64,000 bases of DNA from Caulobacter sp. (lineage in GTDB: Bacteria; Pseudomonadota; Alphaproteobacteria; Caulobacterales; Caulobacteraceae). The notes beneath the pieces were generated by a model. It was not told the DNA's origin, did no database searches, and saw nothing but the letters and a program-made list of their open reading frames with translations. How positions within the stretch are numbered: the stretch's first letter is position 1; every line of letters starts with the position of its first letter. The position numbers were made by a program, and so were the translations under genes. Shown here one piece after another: positions 1-9,766 of the stretch. The DNA lies in assembly GCF_017744445.1 (NCBI RefSeq), contig NZ_JAGIBH010000007.1:118358-182357 (forward strand), read 5' to 3'.

Positions 1-1491
1 ATAGGCCAGGGCCTCGGCGACGTGGACGCGCTGCACGCGATCCGCACCCTCCAGGTCGGCGATGGTGCGGGCCAGGCGCAGGGTGCGGGTCCAGCCCCGG
101 GCGCTGATCCGGCGCGCCTCCGCCGCCTGGGTCAGCAGGGCGCGGCCGCGATCGTCCAGGGCGGTGATCTTCTCCAGGAAGGCGCCTTCCGCACGGCCGT
201 TCAGGCCGTCCTCGGCGTCGAGCGCCTCGGCCCGCGCCTGCTGCAGCGTCCGCGCCCTGGCCACCCGCGCGGCGACCTCTGTCGAGCCCTCGACCGGCGG
301 CGGCAGGGAGAGGTCGGCGGCGGTGACGGCGGGCATGTCGACGGCCAGGTCGATGCGGTCCAGCATCGGCCCCGACACCCGACCCTGATAGTCCAGCTGG
401 CATCGTGGAGCCTTGCCGCACGCCCCGCGCCCGGCCCCGCCGTGGCCGCAGCGACAGGGATTCATAGCGGCGACCAGTTGCACCCGCGCCGGATAACGGA
501 TGTGGAAGTTGGCCCGCGCCACCATCACCTCGCCGGTCTCCAGCGGCGCGCGCAGGCTGTCCAGGGCCTGGCGACTGAATTCGGGCAGTTCATCCAAGAA
601 CAGCACCCCATTGTGCGCCAAGGAGACCTCGCCCGGCTTGGCCTTCAGTCCGCCGCCGGTCAGCGCGGCCATCGAGGCGCTGTGGTGCGGAGCGCGATAG
701 GGCCGGGCGCGGGTCAGGGCGCCACGGGCAATGAGCCCCGCTACCGAATGGACCATCGAGGTCTCCAGCAGTTCGGACGAGGTCAGCGGCGGCAGCAAGC
801 CCGGCAGCCGCTGGGCCAGCATCGACTTGCCCGAGCCGGGCGGGCCGACGAACAGCAGGTTGTGGCCGCCGGCCGCGGCGATCTCCAGGGCGCGCTTGGC
901 GTGTTCCTGGCCCTTCACGTCGCGCAGGTCCTTGGCCGCCTCGCCCTCAACGATGGGGCCGGGCGCTGGAGCTGACAGGATCTGGCTGCCCCGGAAATGG
1001 TTGATCAGCGACACTAGCGAGCGCGGGGCCAGGATTCGGGTGTCGCCAGCCCAGGCCGCCTCGGGACCGGAAGCTTCCGGGCAGATCAGGCCCAGGCCCA
1101 TCGCGCCGGCCGCCATGGCCGCCGGCAGGGCTCCAGCGACAGGCATGATGCGACCATCCAGTGAGAGCTCACCGATCGCGGCCCAGCCATCCAGCGCGTC
1201 CATAGGAATGACGCCCAGCGCCGCCATCACCGCCAGGGCGATCGGCAGGTCGAAATGGGCGCCTTCCTTGGGCAGGTCAGCCGGCGCCAGGTTGGCGACG
1301 ATGCGCTTGCCGGGCAGCGAGAGGCCCAGGCCCGCGAATGCGCCGCGCACCCGCTCGCGACTTTCGGCCACCGCCTTGTCCGCGAGGCCTACAATGACGA
1401 ACACCTGGGCGCCGGTCGTCAGCTGGACCTCGACGTCGACACGTCGAGCTTCCACGCCCTCGAACGCGACGGTGACCACGCTGGCGGCCAT
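1..1491 (-). CDS. YifB/ComM-family Mg-chelatase-like AAA+ ATPase (C-terminal end runs off the window)
   Basis: Absent from the ORF track because no stop lies in the window. My translation of the minus strand from ATG at 1491 gives MAASVVTVAFEGVEARRVDVEVQLTTGAQVFVIVGLADKAVAESRERVR. Further in are a Walker A (LFVGPPGSGKSMLA) and a Cys cluster (NPCRCGHGGAGRGACGKAPRCQLDYQG), both typical of this family. Plus-strand ORFs 22-975 and 731-1513 are Arg/Ala-rich shadows. Confidence 0.85.
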   Translation of the reverse strand, partial: MAASVVTVAFEGVEARRVDVEVQLTTGAQVFVIVGLADKAVAESRERVRGAFAGLGLSLPGKRIVANLAPADLPKEGAHFDLPIALAVMAALGVIPMDALDGWAAIGELSLDGRIMPVAGALPAAMAAGAMGLGLICPEASGPEAAWAGDTRILAPRSLVSLINHFRGSQILSAPAPGPIVEGEAAKDLRDVKGQEHAKRALEIAAAGGHNLLFVGPPGSGKSMLAQRLPGLLPPLTSSELLETSMVHSVAGLIARGALTRARPYRAPHHSASMAALTGGGLKAKPGEVSLAHNGVLFLDELPEFSRQALDSLRAPLETGEVMVARANFHIRYPARVQLVAAMNPCRCGHGGAGRGACGKAPRCQLDYQGRVSGPMLDRIDLAVDMPAVTAADLSLPPPVEGSTEVAARVARARTLQQARAEALDAEDGLNGRAEGAFLEKITALDDRGRALLTQAAEARRISARGWTRTLRLARTIADLEGADRVQRVHVAEALAY

Positions 1492-1516
1492 CGCAAACCC
1501 TCATGGACAATGAACT

Positions 1517-1525
1517 TTATCCACA
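1517..1525 (+). promoter_or_regulatory. Perfect TTATCCACA DnaA-box consensus in the yifB-like upstream region
   Basis: Read directly: aacTTTATCCACAAGtc, 26-34 nt upstream of the ATG at 1491. It lies between the gshB terminator and the yifB-like start. Confidence 0.35.
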
Positions 1526-1558
1526 AGTCACAGCATAGCTTGCGAAATGGAGCAAGAA

Positions 1559-1586
1559 CAAAAAACGAACGTTTCGCGAAACGCTC
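1559..1586 (-). terminator. Rho-independent terminator downstream of gshB
   Basis: Minus strand reads GAGCGTTT-CGCG-AAACGTTC followed by GTTTTTTG. This is an 8-bp stem (one G-U pair), a tetraloop and a T6 tail, 15 nt after the gshB stop. Confidence 0.65.
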
Positions 1587-1600
1587 GACTTTACGCAGAG

Positions 1601-2554
1601 TTACCCACCGTTCCGGCGAATGTCCTCGATACGATCCCAGAGTACGGCCGCGGCGTTGATACCGGTAAAGCGCTTCAGCTGTTGTGCGCCGGTGGGCGAC
1701 GTAACGTTGATCTCGGTCAAGTACTCGCCAATGACGTCGATGCCGACAAAGATCAGTCCACGGCGCTTGAGTTCGGGGCCGATGATCTTGCACAGCTCCA
1801 TGTCGCGGGCGGTCAGGGCCACGGCTTCGGCGCGACCGCCGACCCGCAGGTTCGAGCGCACCTGACCGGCCGCCGGCACACGATTGATCGCGCCCACCGG
1901 CTCGCCGTCGACCAGCAGGACGCGCTTGTCGCCCTTGCTGACGGCCGGCACGAACTTCTGGGCGATGACCTGCTCGCGGCCGATCATGGCGTGCAGCTCC
2001 AGCAGGGCGTCCAGATTGGGATCGTCCGCCAGCAGACGGGCCACGCCCGAGCCGCCGCCGCCATAGAGGGGCTTCAGGACGATGTCGCCGTGGCGGGCGC
2101 GGAAGTCATAGATCGCCTCGTGGTCCGAGGTGATCAGGGTCGGCGGCTGCACGCCGGGGAAGTCGGTGACGAACAGCTTTTCGGGCGCGTTGCGCACCTC
2201 GGTCGGGTTGTTCACCACCAGGGTGTGGGGGTGGATCTTGTCCAGGAAGTGGGTGGCCGTGATGTAGGCCATGTCGAACGGCGGGTCCTGGCGCATCAGG
2301 ACGACGTCGATATCGTCCTTCATGTCCAGCACGACGGTCTCGCCCAGCTTGGCGTGGGCGCCCTTCTCGGCGAAGACTTCCAGCGGCCGGGCGCGGGCGA
2401 ACACCCGGCCGTCTTCCTGCGACAGCTTGTCGGGCGTGTAGAACCACAGCTTATGGCCGCGCTCCTGCGCCTCCATCATCATCAGGAAGGTCGTGTCGGT
2501 GTCGATGTTGATCCCCAGCACGGGGTCCATCTGGACGGCGACTCTCAGCGACAT
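1601..2554 (-). CDS. gshB: Glutathione synthetase
   Basis: 317 aa. [41 protein letters not shown] and the ATP-grasp C-terminal half ([36 protein letters not shown]) are characteristic of prokaryotic GshB. Confidence 0.95.
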   Translation of the reverse strand: MSLRVAVQMDPVLGINIDTDTTFLMMMEAQERGHKLWFYTPDKLSQEDGRVFARARPLEVFAEKGAHAKLGETVVLDMKDDIDVVLMRQDPPFDMAYITATHFLDKIHPHTLVVNNPTEVRNAPEKLFVTDFPGVQPPTLITSDHEAIYDFRARHGDIVLKPLYGGGGSGVARLLADDPNLDALLELHAMIGREQVIAQKFVPAVSKGDKRVLLVDGEPVGAINRVPAAGQVRSNLRVGGRAEAVALTARDMELCKIIGPELKRRGLIFVGIDVIGEYLTEINVTSPTGAQQLKRFTGINAAAVLWDRIEDIRRNGG

Positions 2555-2621
2555 GGGGCTCGATCCTTCGGCGTGTCTGTGCGCCGTCTAGTTAAGGCGA
2601 TTTCCGGCGATTGCGAGGGGC

Positions 2622-2661
2622 TGAAAAGGCGACGCCCGCCCCGAGGGATGGGGCGGGCGTC
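2622..2661 (-). terminator. Second of two tandem terminator hairpins downstream of the porin gene
   Basis: Perfect 12-bp stem GACGCCCGCCCC / GGGGCGGGCGTC with a 7-nt loop. On the minus strand it is followed by GCCTTTTCAG. Confidence 0.55.
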
Positions 2662-2670
2662 TATACGCGG

Positions 2671-2705
2671 CGAAAAGAAGGGCGGCCGGTGGGGCAAGCC
2701 GCCCT
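2671..2705 (-). terminator. First terminator hairpin downstream of the porin gene
   Basis: 8-bp GC-rich stem (AGGGCGGC / GCCGCCCT) with an 11-nt loop. A minus-strand T-rich tail (TTCTTTTCG) follows. It lies ~40 nt after the stop at 2746. Confidence 0.5.
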
Positions 2706-2745
2706 CCTTCTTGTCCCTTTTTGGGGGGAGGAAACGCGTGTCCGG

Positions 2746-4215
2746 TTAGAACGCGATTTCGCCGCGAACGCTGAGGCTGTCGCCCGTGTCCAGGCCCTTG
2801 AACGAGCCGACCTTGTTCTGGGTCTTCCAGTGCACGAAGTTGGTCATCACCCGCGCCCAGTCGTTCAGATACCAGTTCAGGCCGACCGTGTAGGCGTCGC
2901 CCTCGCCGCCGTTGGCGACGTTGGTGAAGTCGATCTTGTCGTAGCGGGTGGCGATTTCGAACGCGCCCGTGCCGCCGCTGGTGACCGGGTGGTTGACCTT
3001 CACGCCGCTCCAGATGCCCGAGCGGGTCGAGAAGCCGGGGCGCTCGCCGGTCAGCAGGTAGCCGGCGTAAACCGACCTGGCCTTCTGCTTCACGTTCGGG
3101 CCGACCTGCAGGCTGATGTCGCGCGTGCCTTGCTCGCCGAAGATCCAGAACGAGCGATAGGCGCCGCCCAGCTCGAAGCCGTAGCCATTGTCATGCTCGG
3201 GATTGGCCAGCGAGCTGGCCGAGACCTTCAGGTTGTCGTTGAAGCCCGGGCCGATATAGCTGGTCTTGTTGATCGTGGCGGTGGCCGGGGCGAGGTCTTC
3301 CGAGAAGCCCCAGACGCCCAGGTGAACGAAGCCGTCCTTGGTCTTGACCGGGTTCCAGTGGGCGCGGCCGGCCAGGGTCAGCGGGCTGCGGTTGTCGCCG
3401 ACCTGACCGATCGGGCCGCCGGTCAGCGAGACGCTGGCGTGCCAGTTGCCGCCATAGATCTTGGCCATGGCGCCCAGGCCAAAGAAGCCCTTCTGCGGGG
3501 CGGCCACATTGGCCACCACATTGCGCTCCATGAACGGCAGCGACACGCCCGAGGTCGAGCCGTCGATCGTGCGGTCGTTCAGCTTGTTGCCCAGATAGTA
3601 CTCGACCACGTGGCCGGCGATGCTGGAGTCGTAGGAGATGTAGACCTCCTTCAGCGACACGGCCTCGTCGGCGAAGTCGGCTTCGATCTTGTAGCCCAGC
3701 TTGCCCATCATGCCCTCGGCGCCCAGGCGGACCGCCGGCGCCTCCGTGCCGCTGATGTTGCGGGCGTCGAAGTTGGAGCCATGGGTCGTCGAGGCGTCGA
3801 TCTGGACGCGGCCGCGCGGGTGGAAGGTGAAGAAGCCGTTCGAGCTGACGAACTCGGGACCGCCGTCGGCCCACTTCACCTTGAGGGTGTCTTGCTGGGC
3901 GTCCTGCAGCTGGACGATCTGGGCCTGGGCGGCTTGCAGCTCGGCGGTGGTGGTCTCCAGGGCCTGGGTGTTGGCCTGGACGGCGGCCTGCGTCTCGGCC
4001 GGGACGGCCGGGGTCTGGGCCTTGGCCTCGACGGCCGACAGGCGCTGTTCCAGGGCCTCGATCTTGGCCTGCTGGTCCTTGACCAGCTGGATCAGGGCGG
4101 CGTTGGCGTCGGCCTTCTTGGTCGGGGCGGCCGAGGCGACGCCGCCGGTGGCGAGGGTGAGCGCGAGAGCGCTGATGGTCACGGCCAGGCCGGTCTTGAA
4201 GCTACGCTTAGGCAT
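2746..4215 (-). CDS. Outer-membrane porin, phosphate-selective porin O/P (OprO/OprP)-like family
   Basis: 489 aa. It has a signal peptide (MPKRSFKTGLAVTISALALTLATGGVASA), an N-terminal coiled-coil segment, then alternating beta-strand sequence ending in aromatic ...SVRGEIAF. The family call comes from overall pattern only. Confidence 0.75.
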   Translation of the reverse strand: MPKRSFKTGLAVTISALALTLATGGVASAAPTKKADANAALIQLVKDQQAKIEALEQRLSAVEAKAQTPAVPAETQAAVQANTQALETTTAELQAAQAQIVQLQDAQQDTLKVKWADGGPEFVSSNGFFTFHPRGRVQIDASTTHGSNFDARNISGTEAPAVRLGAEGMMGKLGYKIEADFADEAVSLKEVYISYDSSIAGHVVEYYLGNKLNDRTIDGSTSGVSLPFMERNVVANVAAPQKGFFGLGAMAKIYGGNWHASVSLTGGPIGQVGDNRSPLTLAGRAHWNPVKTKDGFVHLGVWGFSEDLAPATATINKTSYIGPGFNDNLKVSASSLANPEHDNGYGFELGGAYRSFWIFGEQGTRDISLQVGPNVKQKARSVYAGYLLTGERPGFSTRSGIWSGVKVNHPVTSGGTGAFEIATRYDKIDFTNVANGGEGDAYTVGLNWYLNDWARVMTNFVHWKTQNKVGSFKGLDTGDSLSVRGEIAF

Positions 4216-4322
4216 GAGTTTTCCCTTCGCGTCGGGCAGCCCCCCTGGGCCCGCCGGTACGCGTTCGTTTCGATTGGATGGATGGGTTTGAAGGCGGGGG
4301 CTGTTGGACCAGCCCGCTCGGT

Positions 4323-5321
4323 TTAGTCCGTGGTCGCGGCGCGGGCCGCGATGGCCTTGCCGCCGAAGAAGCCGTGCGACTTGGCCCAGTTGGCGAACAG
4401 GGCGGGCCAGCCGGAGGTCGGACCGCCGGGCACGCCCATGTTGAAGCTGTGGCCGCCCTGCTCGAACACGTGGAGCTCGACCGGGGCCTTGGCCGCCCGC
4501 AGCGCGCTGAACATGATCAGGCTGTTGTCGATGGCCGAGACGCCGTCATCGACGCACTGGGCCAGGAAGGTCGGCGGGGTTTTATTGCTGACGTGGGTCT
4601 CGACCGACATGGCCGCGCTCTCTTCGGGCGTCGGCTTCTCGCCGGCCATCATGCGGCGGGTCTGGGTGTTGTCGAACGGCGGCTTGACCGTGATGACGGG
4701 GTAGATCAGGCCGGCGAAGTCCGGGCGGGCCGAGACCTTATCGGCGGCGTCGATCGGGGCGTAGAAGGCCTCGTCCGAACGGCTGGAGATCATGCCGACC
4801 AGGTGGCCGCCGGCCGAGGCGCCGACCGCGCCGATCTTGGCCGGATCCACCGCGAACTCGGCGGCGCGGGCGCGCACCACGCGCACGGCGCGCTGCATGT
4901 CCTGCAACGGGGCCTGCGGGGCCCAGCCATCGACCGGCATGCGGTAATAGAGGACGAAGGCGGTGACCCCCATCATGTTCAGCCAGCGGGCCATGGCCTC
5001 GCTGGTGGCGCGGATGTTGATGCGGCGATAGCCGCCGCCGGCCACCACGATCACGGCCGTGCCGTTCGGCTTGGCGGCGCGGAAGACGCGCAGGCGGGGC
5101 TGGCTGACATTGGTCACCGAGCCGTCGTGCGAGCCGTCCTGCAGGACGATCTCGGCGCCGCCCTTGCCCTTGCCGGCGGCCGGCATGGCGCCGTTCCACA
5201 GGTCGATGACTTCAGGTTCGGCAGGCGGGGTAGTGGGGGCGGGGGTCTGGGCGGCGGCGACGCCGGCGGTCGAGGCGACAAGCGCCGCGCCGCCGAGCAG
5301 GGCTCTGCGATCGAGTTGCAT
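4323..5321 (-). CDS. Secreted alpha/beta-hydrolase (esterase/lipase-type), Tat signal
   Basis: 332 aa. It carries a twin-arginine leader (MQLDRRALLGGAALVASTAGVAAAQ), a GxSxG nucleophile elbow (GASAGGHL) and a C-terminal GGHSF His motif. Confidence 0.8.
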   Translation of the reverse strand: MQLDRRALLGGAALVASTAGVAAAQTPAPTTPPAEPEVIDLWNGAMPAAGKGKGGAEIVLQDGSHDGSVTNVSQPRLRVFRAAKPNGTAVIVVAGGGYRRINIRATSEAMARWLNMMGVTAFVLYYRMPVDGWAPQAPLQDMQRAVRVVRARAAEFAVDPAKIGAVGASAGGHLVGMISSRSDEAFYAPIDAADKVSARPDFAGLIYPVITVKPPFDNTQTRRMMAGEKPTPEESAAMSVETHVSNKTPPTFLAQCVDDGVSAIDNSLIMFSALRAAKAPVELHVFEQGGHSFNMGVPGGPTSGWPALFANWAKSHGFFGGKAIAARAATTD

Positions 5322-5359
5322 GGGAGGTCTCTGAGCAGTGGGAGGAGGGGAGAGCGCCG

Positions 5360-7177
5360 CTAGGCGGCGCGTTGACCGGGGCGGGAAACGCTCGGTCTTG
5401 AGACCGATGGCGCGTCGCCGACCTGGAACTGGTTCATCAGGCGGGAAAGATCCTCGGCCTCGCGGGCCAGGGCGTGGCTGGCGGCCGTGCTTTCCTCGAC
5501 CATGGCGGCGTTCTGCTGGGTCACCTGATCCATCTGGTTCACGGCGACATTGACCTGCTGCAGGCTGGCGGCCTGCTCCTGGGCCGAGGCGGCGATCTCG
5601 GCGACCAGGGTGTTGACCTCCAGCACCTGCCTGACGATGCGCTGGAGCGCTTCACCGGTCCGGCCGACCAGGGCGACGCCGGCGCCGACCTGCTCGGTCG
5701 AGCCGGCGATCAGCTGCTTGATCTCCTTGGCGGCTTCGGCGGAGCGCTGGGCCAGGGCGCGGACCTCTTGCGCGACGACCGCGAAGCCCTTGCCGGCCTC
5801 GCCCGCGCGGGCGGCTTCGACGCCGGCGTTCAGGGCCAGTAGGTTGGTCTGGAAGGCGATCTCGTCGATGACGCCGATGATCTGGGCGATCTGGGTCGAG
5901 CTGCCTTCGATCTGGGTCATGGCTGCCACCGCTTCGGCGGCGATGGTCCCACCCTGTTCGGCGTCGGTCTTGGCGGCCGAGACGATCTGGCGGGCGTGCA
6001 GGGCGCCCTCTGCGGTGCGCTTGACGGTGGCGGTGATCTCTTCCAGCGCCGCGGCGGTCTCTTCCAGGCTGGCGGCCTGCTGTTCGGTGCGCTTGGAGAG
6101 GTCGTCCGAGGCCTGGCTGATCTCGTGGCTGCCCGACTTGATGCCGCTGGTGTTGCCCGAGATCACCGACATGGCTTGGCGCAGGCGGGCGATGGCGGCG
6201 TTGAAGTCGTCCTTCAGCTGGCGGTAGTCGGCCGCGAACGGGGCCTCGATGCGGTGGGTCAGGTCGCCCTCGGCCAGGCGCGACAGGCCGCCGGCCAGCT
6301 GCTCGACCACCATGGCCTGCTCGCGGGCGGCCTCGGCGCGGGCGGCTTCGTTGCGGGCGCGCTCGGCCTCGACGTGGCGGCGGGTCTCGGCGGCTTCCGC
6401 CTCCATCCGCACCTTCTCGATGGCGGCGTCCTTGAAGGTCAGCACGGCGTTGGCCATCAGGCCGACCTCGTCGCGGCGCGCGGCGCCCGGAACCTCGACG
6501 GCGTGGTCGCCCTGGGCCAGGCGGGTCATGGCGGTGGTCATGCCCAGGATCGGACGGGCGATGACGCGCGACAGCATCCAGGCCATGCCGATGGCGATCA
6601 GGATGGCGGCCGCGCCGCCGATCGCTAGAGCCCAGGTCGCGCTGGCCAGGGCCTCGTCGCGCTCGGCCAGGCGGACGGCCGAGCGCTTGTCGGCGGCGTC
6701 GTTGATCTCGCGTTGCAGGGCGCGGATGCCGTCCAGGCCGCCGCGGCCGATCATGGCCAGGGCCTGCGGACGGGTGGCCGGATCGCGAGCCAGTTCGATC
6801 TGGCGATCGGCGCGGGTCGTCCGCCACTCTTGGGCCAGGGCCTGTAGATGCCTGGCGCGCTCGATCTGGTCGGCGCGGGTGCTGCGGCTGATGAAGGTGT
6901 CCAGGTCGCGGTCGAAGTTCGCCGCGCTCTCGCGATAGGCGCGGACAAAGCGCTCGTCGCCGGTGACCAGGAAGCCGCGCACGGCCGACTGCTGTTCCAG
7001 GACCAGGGTCTCGGTGTGGGCGGCGTACTTGGCCAGCTTGAAGCTGCGCTCCACGGCCACCGCGTTGTCGCGGATGACGCCCAGGCTGACGAACACGACC
7101 GTGCTGGCGACGGCGAACGCCCCGATCAAGGCGACGAAGGCCAGGACGATCTTCCCGGTGATTTTCAAGCGAAGCAT
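5360..7177 (-). CDS. Methyl-accepting chemotaxis protein (CHASE3-like periplasmic domain, HAMP, MA domain)
   Basis: 605 aa. There are two TM segments and a HAMP-like segment. The conserved signalling hairpin is [41 protein letters not shown]. Confidence 0.92.
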   Translation of the reverse strand: MLRLKITGKIVLAFVALIGAFAVASTVVFVSLGVIRDNAVAVERSFKLAKYAAHTETLVLEQQSAVRGFLVTGDERFVRAYRESAANFDRDLDTFISRSTRADQIERARHLQALAQEWRTTRADRQIELARDPATRPQALAMIGRGGLDGIRALQREINDAADKRSAVRLAERDEALASATWALAIGGAAAILIAIGMAWMLSRVIARPILGMTTAMTRLAQGDHAVEVPGAARRDEVGLMANAVLTFKDAAIEKVRMEAEAAETRRHVEAERARNEAARAEAAREQAMVVEQLAGGLSRLAEGDLTHRIEAPFAADYRQLKDDFNAAIARLRQAMSVISGNTSGIKSGSHEISQASDDLSKRTEQQAASLEETAAALEEITATVKRTAEGALHARQIVSAAKTDAEQGGTIAAEAVAAMTQIEGSSTQIAQIIGVIDEIAFQTNLLALNAGVEAARAGEAGKGFAVVAQEVRALAQRSAEAAKEIKQLIAGSTEQVGAGVALVGRTGEALQRIVRQVLEVNTLVAEIAASAQEQAASLQQVNVAVNQMDQVTQQNAAMVEESTAASHALAREAEDLSRLMNQFQVGDAPSVSRPSVSRPGQRAA

Positions 7178-7662
7178 AACGCCCCCATAGCGTTGAACGG
7201 CCGAGGCCGAGCAAGTGCAATCGAGGTTTCGTTTAAGCTGTACCTTATTACCTATTGGTTACTCGCCAAATCATCAAAAGTAATGGTCGAAATGAGCTAA
7301 AATATAGATCGAAAAATAGCTGTCGCATCCGCAAGGTAAATCGAGCGGATGTTCAATTTCGATTTGATTGATTGCCGCGCCAATTCTCTTCGTGGATCGC
7401 GAGGCGACCCGTGTCGGCGTCGAGCGAAATCCAACACGGACACGACCGGTCGAAAACGCCTTCAGTCGAAATCGTGAAGGGCGTTGATATTGTTGGATTA
7501 AACGAGATTTCGGCGCGTCACGGCGCGGGATGTTCGCGCGGACCGTCGCTCTCTCGAGGGGCATTTTGTGCGGAAAGCCGCTCAGATGCGGCTCAATCTG
7601 CGTCGAATCGATTCGATCAGCTGCTCTTCGTGCGTGGTCTCGCGCTGAAGGGCAGTTTTTTA

Positions 7663-8478
7663 TCAGTTGAGGCGAAGGCGCATCCGCTCGCGGGCCGCGC
7701 GGGCGGCGATCGCGGCGCCGCCGTCGAGCGTCTGAGCGCGCGAAAGCGCCTGTAGCGCCCCCGCGAGCGCCCCCTGACCCTCGCGGGCGGCGGCGACGTC
7801 CAGCCAGGGGCGGTGGTCGGCGGGGTTGAGCAGGGCGCGGCGCAGGGCCGAGCGCTCGGCGCGGACCCAGTCCTTGGCCTGCTGGGCGCGGGCGAAGATG
7901 TTGTTCTGCAGGCGGATCAGCACGGCGCGATCCGAGATCGGCGCCATGAGCAGCTCCAGCCGCGAGGCGACGTCGGGCATCAGGCCGGTGCGCAGGGCCC
8001 GGCGCGACAGCTCGGACGGCAGCACCACCCGGCCTTCGCTGAACGGGTCCAGGGCCAGCGGGCCTTCCTCGGTCTCGATGCGCAGCAGGAAGTGGCCGGG
8101 GAAGTCGACGCCGTGCAGTTCCAGCCCCACCTGGCGGGCGGCGTGCAGGTAGAAGACGCCCAGCGCCACCGGCAGGCCCTTGCGGCGCTCGGCGATGGCG
8201 ATGACGTCGGCGTTGTCGGGGTGGTCGTAGGTCAGGACGTCGCCGGTCAGGCGCAGGTCGCCGGCCAGGGTCTCGGCCACGGCCTCCTCGGGCGATTCGG
8301 CTTCGGCGCGGCGGCGCAGGCGCTCGACGGCGTCGCGGGCCAGGTTGATGGCCGGCGCGGTGTCGCGGCTGGGATCGTCGTGGACGGCGCAGGCCAGGGC
8401 CGCCTCGAACAGCGGGAAGTCCTGGTCGGTCCCTTCGCCGGCTTTCGTCAGGATCTCTTCGGCGTCCTCGCGGGTCAT
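7663..8478 (-). CDS. SirB1-like transglutaminase-fold/TPR protein (UPF0162)
   Basis: The track ORF 7663-8793 is trimmed to the internal ATG at 8478 (MTREDAEEILTKAGEG...). The upstream part overlaps yraN in another frame and is Arg/Pro-rich. The motif GLPVALGVFYLHAARQVGLELHGVDFPGHFLLRI matches the SirB1 N-terminal domain pattern. Confidence 0.75.
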   Translation of the reverse strand: MTREDAEEILTKAGEGTDQDFPLFEAALACAVHDDPSRDTAPAINLARDAVERLRRRAEAESPEEAVAETLAGDLRLTGDVLTYDHPDNADVIAIAERRKGLPVALGVFYLHAARQVGLELHGVDFPGHFLLRIETEEGPLALDPFSEGRVVLPSELSRRALRTGLMPDVASRLELLMAPISDRAVLIRLQNNIFARAQQAKDWVRAERSALRRALLNPADHRPWLDVAAAREGQGALAGALQALSRAQTLDGGAAIAARAARERMRLRLN

Positions 8479-8480
8479 CG

Positions 8481-8858
8481 TCAGATCCCCCGCCAAGCGT
8501 CGGGGAGGTGGCGCGGCGCGCGGCCGGGGGCCAGGGCGATCAGGTCCAGGCGCACCAACAGATCGCGCAGGCTGGCGCGGTGCGCGCTGACATGGGCGGC
8601 GGCGCGGCGCAGGCGGTCGCGCTGAGTGGGCGTCACGGCGTCCAGGGCGTCCTCGATCGTCGTCCGTTGCTTGACCTCCACAACGGCCAGCACCTTGCCG
8701 CGTTGCGCCAGAAGGTCGATTTCGCCCAGCGGGGTGGCCAGGCGGAAGCCGATGATCCGATACCCCTTGGCCATCAGCCACAGCGCCGCCCACACCTCGG
8801 CCCGCCGTCCGACCTTGCGCGCGGTCGCGCCTCGGATCTGACGAGCTCCAATCGCCAT
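8481..8858 (-). CDS. yraN: YraN-family endonuclease-like protein (UPF0102)
   Basis: 125 aa from the ATG at 8858: MAIGARQIRGATARKVGRRAEVWAALWLMAKGYRIIGFRLATPLGEIDLLAQRGKVLAVVEVK. The D...EVK nuclease motif is present. The start overlaps the rsmI stop (TGATG). Confidence 0.85.
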   Translation of the reverse strand: MAIGARQIRGATARKVGRRAEVWAALWLMAKGYRIIGFRLATPLGEIDLLAQRGKVLAVVEVKQRTTIEDALDAVTPTQRDRLRRAAAHVSAHRASLRDLLVRLDLIALAPGRAPRHLPDAWRGI

Positions 8859-9730
8859 CAGGCCTGCTCCTTCAGGGCCAGGGCCTGGCGGTAGAGGTCC
8901 TTGCGCGACAGGCCCAGGGCCTTGGCCACTTCCGAAGCGGCCTCGCCCAGGGGCAGGCGGGTCATGGCTTCGCGCAGGGCGGCCTCGGCGTCGTCGGCGG
9001 TGGCGACCTTCTCGGCGCCCGGGCCGACCAGGATGACGATCTCGCCCTTGGGGGCCTCGAAGCGCGGGTCGGCGGCGAGGTCGCTCAAGGGGCCGCGCAC
9101 GCAGGTCTCGTACAGCTTGGTCAGCTCGCGGCACACCGCCGCCGGGCGGTCGGCGCCGAACACCGCGGCCATGTCGGCCAGGCAATCGGCGACGCGCGAG
9201 GCGCCTTCGTAGAAGATCAGCGTGGCGCGGGTGGTGGCGAATTCCTCGAAGAAGGTCCGGCGCGCGGCGCTCTTGGGCGGCGGGAAGCCGGCGAACAGGA
9301 AGCGATCGGTCGGCAGGCCGGCCAGGGTCAGCGCCGCGAGGGCGGCCGAGGCGCCGGGGATCGGAATCACGGCATGGCCCGCCGCGATGGCCTCCTTGGC
9401 CAGGCGATAGCCGGGGTCGGAGACCATCGGCGTGCCGGCGTCCGAGACCAGGGCCACGCGCTCGCCGGCCTCCAGCCGTTCCAGGATGCCGGGGATGGCG
9501 CGCTCGGCCACATGCTCGTCGTGGCGTTCCAGCTTGGTCTTGATCCCGTAGGCCGACAGCAGCTTGCCGGTCACCCGGGTGTCCTCGGCGAGCAAGAGGT
9601 CGCAAGCGGCCAGCACATCCAGGGCCCGCAGGGTGATGTCGCGCAGGTTGCCGATCGGCGTCGCCACCAGATAGAGGCCGGGCGCCAGGGGCGCATCGGA
9701 CAGGGCTGGCGGAGGAAGCTGGCGGCTCAA
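8858..9730 (-). CDS. rsmI: 16S rRNA (cytidine1402-2'-O)-methyltransferase
   Basis: 290 aa. GLYLVATPIGNLRDITLRALDVLAACDLLLAEDTR and ALVSDAGTPMVSDPGYRL are tetrapyrrole-methylase-fold RsmI signatures. Confidence 0.92.
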   Translation of the reverse strand: MSRQLPPPALSDAPLAPGLYLVATPIGNLRDITLRALDVLAACDLLLAEDTRVTGKLLSAYGIKTKLERHDEHVAERAIPGILERLEAGERVALVSDAGTPMVSDPGYRLAKEAIAAGHAVIPIPGASAALAALTLAGLPTDRFLFAGFPPPKSAARRTFFEEFATTRATLIFYEGASRVADCLADMAAVFGADRPAAVCRELTKLYETCVRGPLSDLAADPRFEAPKGEIVILVGPGAEKVATADDAEAALREAMTRLPLGEAASEVAKALGLSRKDLYRQALALKEQA

Positions 9731-9766
9731 CGTGTGGATGTCCCTAGTGCTCGAATTGAAGGCATA

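Noticed and set aside
4216-4322. Pho box upstream of the phosphate-porin-like gene
   Set aside because: No CTGTCAT-type direct repeats occur on either strand of the upstream spacer.
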